A stretch of DNA of 64,000 bases, taken from an uncultured Bacilli bacterium (GTDB lineage: Bacteria; Bacillota_I; Bacilli_A; RF39; UBA660). This document shows, piece after piece, positions 58,875-64,000 of this stretch (position 1 is its first letter; the number at the start of each line of letters is the position of its first letter). A program made the position numbers and the translations under genes. The notes beneath the pieces are model-generated. The model saw only the letters and a program-made list of their open reading frames with translations. It searched no databases and had not been told where the DNA came from. Where the stretch lies: the NCBI GenBank assembly GCA_947627995.1, contig CANQYE010000001.1, positions 8,889 to 72,888 of the forward strand, given 5' to 3'.

Positions 58875-59591
58875 ATGGGGAGAGCATATGAAGTAAGGAA
58901 AGCCAGTATTCAGAAAACTGGTGCTCAAAAAGCGAAATTATATTCTAATTTTTCAAAAGAAATTTATCAAGCAGCAAAAAGTGGGATACCAGATCCAGAT
59001 AGTAATATTGCTTTAAAAAGAATTATGGAAAAAGCTAAAAGAAGTCAAGTTCCTAGCGATATTATAAATCGTGCTGTAGAAAAAGCCAAAAGTTCAGGTG
59101 GAGAAGACTATAAAGAGGTTATATACGAAGGATTTGGCCCCAATAATTCTACTTTAATGATAAAGTGCTTAACAGATAATGTTAATAGAACAGTAGCTAA
59201 TGTCCGTGAGGCATTTAATAAAACAAAAAACAAAATAGGGGTTAGTAATTCTGTTTCTTATAATTATGATCATTTAGCTATTATTGGAATTAAATCAAAT
59301 GATGAAGAAAAAATAATGGATATGTTACTAAATGAAGGTATAGAAATTAAGGATATTGAATCTGAAGAAGGTATAGTAATTATTACATCATCTTTTCATG
59401 ATGCTTCAGCAATTAAAGATTGTCTTGAAAAAAATATATCAAATGTATCATATGAAATTGATGAAGTAGGATTATATCCAAAAGAAAAAATTAAATTGAG
59501 CGGTGAAAGTTTAGATAATTTTACTAAACTTTTAGATATGCTTGATAATATTGATGACGTAACGGATGTTTACCATAATGTCGAATTATAA
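58875..59591 (+). CDS. yebC: YebC/PmpR-family transcriptional regulator
   Basis: MGRAYEVRKASIQKTGAQKAKLYS is the family-typical start. Confidence 0.85.
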   Translation: MGRAYEVRKASIQKTGAQKAKLYSNFSKEIYQAAKSGIPDPDSNIALKRIMEKAKRSQVPSDIINRAVEKAKSSGGEDYKEVIYEGFGPNNSTLMIKCLTDNVNRTVANVREAFNKTKNKIGVSNSVSYNYDHLAIIGIKSNDEEKIMDMLLNEGIEIKDIESEEGIVIITSSFHDASAIKDCLEKNISNVSYEIDEVGLYPKEKIKLSGESLDNFTKLLDMLDNIDDVTDVYHNVEL

Positions 59592-59616
59592 AAAGTTCTA
59601 TAATATAGAACTTTTT
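59591..59616. terminator. Bidirectional terminator between yebC and convergent lexA
   Basis: AAAAGTTCTAT-aat-ATAGAACTTTT. Confidence 0.55.
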
Positions 59617-60241
59617 ATAATTTACGATATAAACCAATTGCAATTCCAAGGATTTTAATGTTTTTAAAAATAAATGGCTCCATTGTATCATTTTCTGGTT
59701 GAAGTCTAATATAATCTTTTTCTTTATAAAAAGTTTTTAATGTTACTTCATTATCTTCTGTTAAGGCTACAACTATATCTCCATTGTGGGCGACATTTTG
59801 TTTTTTAACAATTACTAAATCCCCATCATATATTCCTTTGTTTATCATACTTTCACCACTAACCTCTAATGTAAAAACATTAGCTGTTTTTGGGACCAGA
59901 AATGAAGGTAATGAGAAATATTCATTAGGTCTTTCTATAGCTTCGATTGGATTCCCAGCAGTGATTTTACCTAAAAGTGGGACTTTAATCACATCTTCAT
60001 TTTTATCTTTAAATTCATTATCTACTAAAACTTCTATTGTTCTAAATTTTTGGTCAGTTTTTCTAATCAAACCAGCTGCTTCTAATTTTTTTAAATGTGT
60101 ATGAACAGTAGCTGGTGAAGATAATCCTAAACCTTTTCCTATTTCTCTAACAGCTGGAGGATATCCATTTTTAACAATGTATTTTTTTATAAAAGTAAGA
60201 ACTTCTTCTTGCTTTTTTGTTATGCTATTCATTAAAATCAC
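59615..60241 (-). CDS. lexA: SOS repressor LexA
   Basis: Winged HTH N-domain. S24 peptidase SGESM ... VVKKQ catalytic dyad. Confidence 0.85.
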   Translation of the reverse strand: MILMNSITKKQEEVLTFIKKYIVKNGYPPAVREIGKGLGLSSPATVHTHLKKLEAAGLIRKTDQKFRTIEVLVDNEFKDKNEDVIKVPLLGKITAGNPIEAIERPNEYFSLPSFLVPKTANVFTLEVSGESMINKGIYDGDLVIVKKQNVAHNGDIVVALTEDNEVTLKTFYKEKDYIRLQPENDTMEPFIFKNIKILGIAIGLYRKL

Positions 60242-60279
60242 ATCCTAATTAAATATTAGCATAAACATTTTATGAAGTC

Positions 60280-60291
60280 AAACAAATGTTT
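60280..60291. promoter_or_regulatory. Candidate degenerate LexA box (AAAC-N4-GTTT) upstream of lexA
   Basis: AAACAAATGTTT compared with the Gram-positive GAAC-N4-GTTC. A second half-palindrome AAACATTT lies 17 nt upstream. Confidence 0.3.
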
Positions 60292-60370
60292 TATATAGTT
60301 CTATTATATTTTTGTTAATAAAATTATATGTTATGACTATATGCATTATATTTGACATAGAATTTATTGG

Positions 60371-60619
60371 GTGGTTGTAATGCATATTGCAAGTAATATC
60401 AAATCTTTTTTATATGATGAAGATTATTTTGTGACGTATTATAAAAATAATGTTTATGTCTATAATTATCAAAAGTTAAATATTTTTACTAATAATGTTA
60501 TAGAGTTATTAATGGATAATTTCTCTTTAATTATAAAAGGGTCTAATTTAAAAATAATTAAAATGGAGTCCAAAGAAATTATGATTAGTGGAAAAATAGA
60601 AAGTATAGGTTTAAAATGA
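60371..60619 (+). CDS. yqfC: YqfC/YabP-family sporulation protein
   Basis: Beta-rich pattern NLKIIKMESKEIMISGKIESIG typical of YabP/YqfC. Followed by a YqfD-like gene. Confidence 0.5.
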   Translation: MVVMHIASNIKSFLYDEDYFVTYYKNNVYVYNYQKLNIFTNNVIELLMDNFSLIIKGSNLKIIKMESKEIMISGKIESIGLK

Positions 60620-61791
60620 AAAATATTATTGATGAAAATAAAAAACATTATGTTACTATAAATATAAAAGGGAAAAATTTAAAAAATTTAATTTTAAATT
60701 TAGTTAATAAAAATATTCCACTAAAAAAAATTAATGAGGATAAAGATGAATTAACATTAACAATATTAGAAAATGATTATAAAAATATAAAAAAAGATTA
60801 TAAAAATTATAAAATTAGAAAAATAAATGATGTTGGAATTTATAAGATAAAAGATTTCTTCAATAAATATAATCTTTTTATTTTAATGATTGTTTTAGGA
60901 TTAATATTATTATTTTTTTTATCTAATATTATTATTAGTGTTAAAGTTATTCATAATGATAAATATTTAAGAAATTTAGTTTTAAATGAATTAGAAGATT
61001 CAGGCATTAAAAAATTTAGTTTTAAAAAAAATTATGATGAAATAAATAAAATAAAAAATCGTATTATTAATAAGTATCCAGATAATATTGAATGGTTAGA
61101 AATAGAAATAAAAGGAATGAAAGTTATTGTACATTTAGAAGAAAGAATTCTTAATAAGAATTCTTCTAAAGAAAATGATTGTGATATTGTAGCAAAAAAA
61201 GATGCTATAATTACAAAAATAACTGCTTCTAAAGGAGAGATAAAAAAGGATGAATTTGATTTTGTAAAAGCTGGCGATGTTATAATTACAGGTAATATTG
61301 CTGTAAATGAAGAAACTAAAAAATTATTATGTGCAAAAGGAAAAGTTTATGGAGAAGTATGGTATAGCGCAAAAATTTCTTTACCATTAAATTATTATAA
61401 AAAGGTTTATACTGGCAAAAAAAGAATGAATATTGGAATTGGGATTAAAAAGCCTAAGTCAATTTTTAAAATAAAATATGATAATTATGATATTAAAAGA
61501 AAAAAAATCTTTAATTTATTTAATTGGAAAATTTATTCAGAAGAAATAAAAGAAGTGAAATTACAAAAAGAAAAATATACCGAAAAAGAGGCAATGGAGA
61601 AAGTAATTGCAATAATACTTGAAAAATTTGATATTAAATTATCTAATGGTGAATATATTATTTCTCAAAAAGTTTTGAAAAAAGAAATAATTAATAGTAC
61701 AATAAATGTAGAAGTGTTTATAGCAGTTAATGAAAGAATTGATTCATTAGCTTATATTCAAAAAGAAAAAGAGGAAAAAAAGATTGAATAA
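60616..61791 (+). CDS. yqfD: YqfD-like stage IV sporulation membrane protein
   Basis: 391 aa with a single TM near residue 95. Position yqfC-yqfD-...-ybeY-dgkA as in Bacillus. Confidence 0.5.
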   Translation: MKNIIDENKKHYVTINIKGKNLKNLILNLVNKNIPLKKINEDKDELTLTILENDYKNIKKDYKNYKIRKINDVGIYKIKDFFNKYNLFILMIVLGLILLFFLSNIIISVKVIHNDKYLRNLVLNELEDSGIKKFSFKKNYDEINKIKNRIINKYPDNIEWLEIEIKGMKVIVHLEERILNKNSSKENDCDIVAKKDAIITKITASKGEIKKDEFDFVKAGDVIITGNIAVNEETKKLLCAKGKVYGEVWYSAKISLPLNYYKKVYTGKKRMNIGIGIKKPKSIFKIKYDNYDIKRKKIFNLFNWKIYSEEIKEVKLQKEKYTEKEAMEKVIAIILEKFDIKLSNGEYIISQKVLKKEIINSTINVEVFIAVNERIDSLAYIQKEKEEKKIE

Positions 61792-61806
61792 ATTGGAGGA
61801 GTATAT

Positions 61807-62427
61807 ATGACAAATACCATTTTTGATTTAATTAAAAATATATGGCCAACTTTAGTAATATTTATAATTGTTTTAATTACAGTAAGATTATATTATTTTA
61901 AACTTAATGGTGGCAAAATTGTTTTTTATAAGGAATTTTTAAATTTAATTTTTTTAATTTATATATTATTGCTATTCGAATTAGTAACAAATAGAGAACT
62001 TGGCTATGGTGGAGTTAATTTAGTCCCTTTTACAGAGATATTTAGATATAAAATAGGAAGTTATTTATTTTATCAAAATGTTTTTGGCAATATAGCATTA
62101 TTTATTCCTTTTGGTTATTTTATTTCTAGGTATATAAATTCAAAAAAAACTATACATATTTTTATTATATCCTTAATAACTTCTTTAACCATTGAACTTG
62201 TCCAACTAAAAATTGGAAGATCTATGGATATAGATGATATTATGCTAAATATTATAGGTGGAATATCAGGTTATTTAATTTACGTTGGTCTTTCCGCAAT
62301 TAAAAAAAGATTACCACAATTTTTGCAAAAAGATATAATTTATAATATAATCAGCATAGTTTTAATAATTATTATATTACTTTATTTTTTAGATTTTATG
62401 GGATTTGTTAATATTGGGTGGTTATAA
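61807..62427 (+). CDS. VanZ-family membrane protein
   Basis: GGVNLVPF motif. Four TM segments. Confidence 0.55.
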   Translation: MTNTIFDLIKNIWPTLVIFIIVLITVRLYYFKLNGGKIVFYKEFLNLIFLIYILLLFELVTNRELGYGGVNLVPFTEIFRYKIGSYLFYQNVFGNIALFIPFGYFISRYINSKKTIHIFIISLITSLTIELVQLKIGRSMDIDDIMLNIIGGISGYLIYVGLSAIKKRLPQFLQKDIIYNIISIVLIIIILLYFLDFMGFVNIGWL

Positions 62428-62850
62428 ATGAATGATTATGTTATAGTAAATGAATATGATAATAAAGAATATGCTTTTATTAATAAAGTTATTAAAAAAG
62501 CTTTAAATTACTTGAATATTGAAAAAAGTGTTTTTTCTGTAGTTTTGATAAATGATGAGAAGATTCAATTTTTAAATAAGAAATATCGTAATATTGATAA
62601 AGTTACAGATGTATTATCTTTTGCATTTGAAGATAATTCTAATATCAAAAATAATGAAATAAGAGTTTTAGGTGATATTTTTATCTCAATACCGCAAATG
62701 GAACGTCAAGCTGCTGAATATGATAATACAATTGAAGAAGAGCTTTCCTTTTTAGTAGTACATGGATTATTACACTTACTTGGTTATGATCATATGACTA
62801 AAGATGAGGAAATTAAAATGTTTGCTATCCAAAAGGAGATATTAAAATGA
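62428..62850 (+). CDS. ybeY: rRNA maturation endoribonuclease YbeY
   Basis: HGLLHLLGYDH metal site. Confidence 0.85.
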   Translation: MNDYVIVNEYDNKEYAFINKVIKKALNYLNIEKSVFSVVLINDEKIQFLNKKYRNIDKVTDVLSFAFEDNSNIKNNEIRVLGDIFISIPQMERQAAEYDNTIEEELSFLVVHGLLHLLGYDHMTKDEEIKMFAIQKEILK

Positions 62851-63242
62851 GTAGTATAGATCGAATAAAATTAAAAAAAAGGGGTATAAAAAGATTTATA
62901 AAAAGTTTTTCTTTTGCTATAGATGGATTAAAATATGCTTTTATTTACGAACAAAATTTTTTAGTACATTTTATTGCTATTTTTTTAGTAATACCTTTAG
63001 GGATTTTTTTTAAAATCAAACTTATAGAATGGTTATTTGTTTTGCTTGCAATAGCTTTAGTAATATTTGCAGAATTAATAAATACAGCTATTGAAGCAGT
63101 GGTAGATTTATATACATTAAAGATAAATCCATTAGCTAAAATCGCTAAAGATACTGCAAGTGCTGCTGTCTTTATTTTAGCACTATTTGCATTAATTGTT
63201 GGATTAATAGTTTTCTTGCCGTACATCTTGAATTTATTTTAA
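62847..63242 (+). CDS. dgkA: Diacylglycerol/undecaprenol kinase DgkA (small membrane kinase)
   Basis: 131 aa with three TM. Conserved position after ybeY. Confidence 0.7.
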   Translation: MSSIDRIKLKKRGIKRFIKSFSFAIDGLKYAFIYEQNFLVHFIAIFLVIPLGIFFKIKLIEWLFVLLAIALVIFAELINTAIEAVVDLYTLKINPLAKIAKDTASAAVFILALFALIVGLIVFLPYILNLF

Positions 63243-63295
63243 ATCACATATGTGATTTTTTTATATAATGTTAGACTTGTTTAAATTTATAATTA

Positions 63296-63577
63296 ATGGT
63301 ACAATTATATAAGTTAAGAGGTGATTTTATGGATAAAACAACACTTTTTGATATTTCAATTATAAAAAATGAATTAATTGCTAAAACTTTAAACGAAGTA
63401 TTCGAAGCTTTAAAAGAAAAAGGTTATCATCCAGTAAACCAATTAGTAGGTTATTTAATAAGTGGAGATCCTGGGTATATTTCTTCTTATAAAAATGCTC
63501 GTAGTAAAATATTAGAATTGGATCGCACTGAAATTATACAAATTCTTTTAGAGTTTTATTTAGAAAATAAAAAATGA
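63296..63577 (+). CDS. DUF965 (YrzL-like) protein
   Basis: 93 aa upstream of ruvX, as in the B. subtilis yrzL-yrrK arrangement. Confidence 0.5.
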   Translation: MVQLYKLRGDFMDKTTLFDISIIKNELIAKTLNEVFEALKEKGYHPVNQLVGYLISGDPGYISSYKNARSKILELDRTEIIQILLEFYLENKK

Positions 63578-63993
63578 GATATCTTGGTCTTGATTTAGGT
63601 ACTAAAACTTTAGGTGTTGCTATTTCTGATAAAACTGGACTTATTTCATCTCCTTTAAAAACAATAGTTTATCAATCATATGATGAATTAATTGAAAAAT
63701 TGAAATTAATAATTAAACAATATGACATAAAAAAAATTATATTAGGGTTACCGAAAAATATGAATAATACCAATGGTATTCGTGCAACATCAACAATTTT
63801 ATTTAAAGAACAATTAGAAAAAGAAACTAATCTTGAAGTGATATTAATTGATGAAAGATTATCTACTGTAGAAGCGGAAAATGTTTTAATTCAAGCTGAT
63901 ATGTCACGAAAAAAAAGAAAAAAGGTAGTGGATAATTTAGCTGCAAGCATTATATTAGATACATATTTAAGGAGGAAAGAAAATGGAAAATAG
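63574..63993 (+). CDS. ruvX: Holliday-junction resolvase-like RNase RuvX/YqgF
   Basis: MRYLGLDLGTKTLGVAISD. Confidence 0.8.
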   Translation: MRYLGLDLGTKTLGVAISDKTGLISSPLKTIVYQSYDELIEKLKLIIKQYDIKKIILGLPKNMNNTNGIRATSTILFKEQLEKETNLEVILIDERLSTVEAENVLIQADMSRKKRKKVVDNLAASIILDTYLRRKENGK

Positions 63994-64000
63994 TAAGAAT

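Noticed and set aside
63983-64000. ATG start of a further ORF overlapping the ruvX end
   Set aside because: Only 6 codons fall inside the window, too few to call.

Overview
AT-rich (about 25-30% GC) chromosomal window that reads in the standard genetic code. Gene content is Firmicutes-like: PBP2B with PASTA domains, FemAB, sortase-type surface proteins, YqfC/YqfD sporulation genes, and a CIRCE/HrcA heat-shock operon. Most of it is conserved housekeeping on the + strand: nusG-rplKAJL, rnj, a metG-like gene, mraZ-rsmH-ftsL-pbp, sufC-(mini sufBD)-sufS-sufU, ftsA-ftsZ, hrcA-grpE-dnaK-pepF-dnaJ, mtaB, recD2, yceD-rpmF, dagK, one tRNA-Arg(CCU), frr, typA, uppP, tsaB-rimI-tsaD, yebC, lexA, yqfC-yqfD-vanZ-ybeY-dgkA, and ruvX. 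Accessory or unusual content, by position: (1) a hypothetical gene inserted between nusG and rplK; (2) a MetRS homolog whose catalytic HIGH motif is replaced by TLGN, divergently paired with a FemAB transferase beside a class-A beta-lactamase-like gene; (3) three direct AGTGG repeats at 10-bp period in the mraZ 5' UTR, a putative MraZ operator; (4) two genes for cell-wall-anchored surface proteins (NPNTG / NPETS sorting signals) whose promoter spacers each carry a poly-G tract (G9 and G7), suggesting phase variation; (5) a Tad/Flp-type secretion ATPase locus (ParA-like TadZ, CpaF/TadA, TadB, TadC) directly downstream of the tRNA-Arg, with no pilin or prepilin peptidase visible; (6) a DUF5131 (phage Gp37/Gp68-like) gene beside a small membrane peptide. 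Many Rho-independent terminators and several -35/-10 promoters are readable directly. No CRISPR array, IS element or prophage was recognised.
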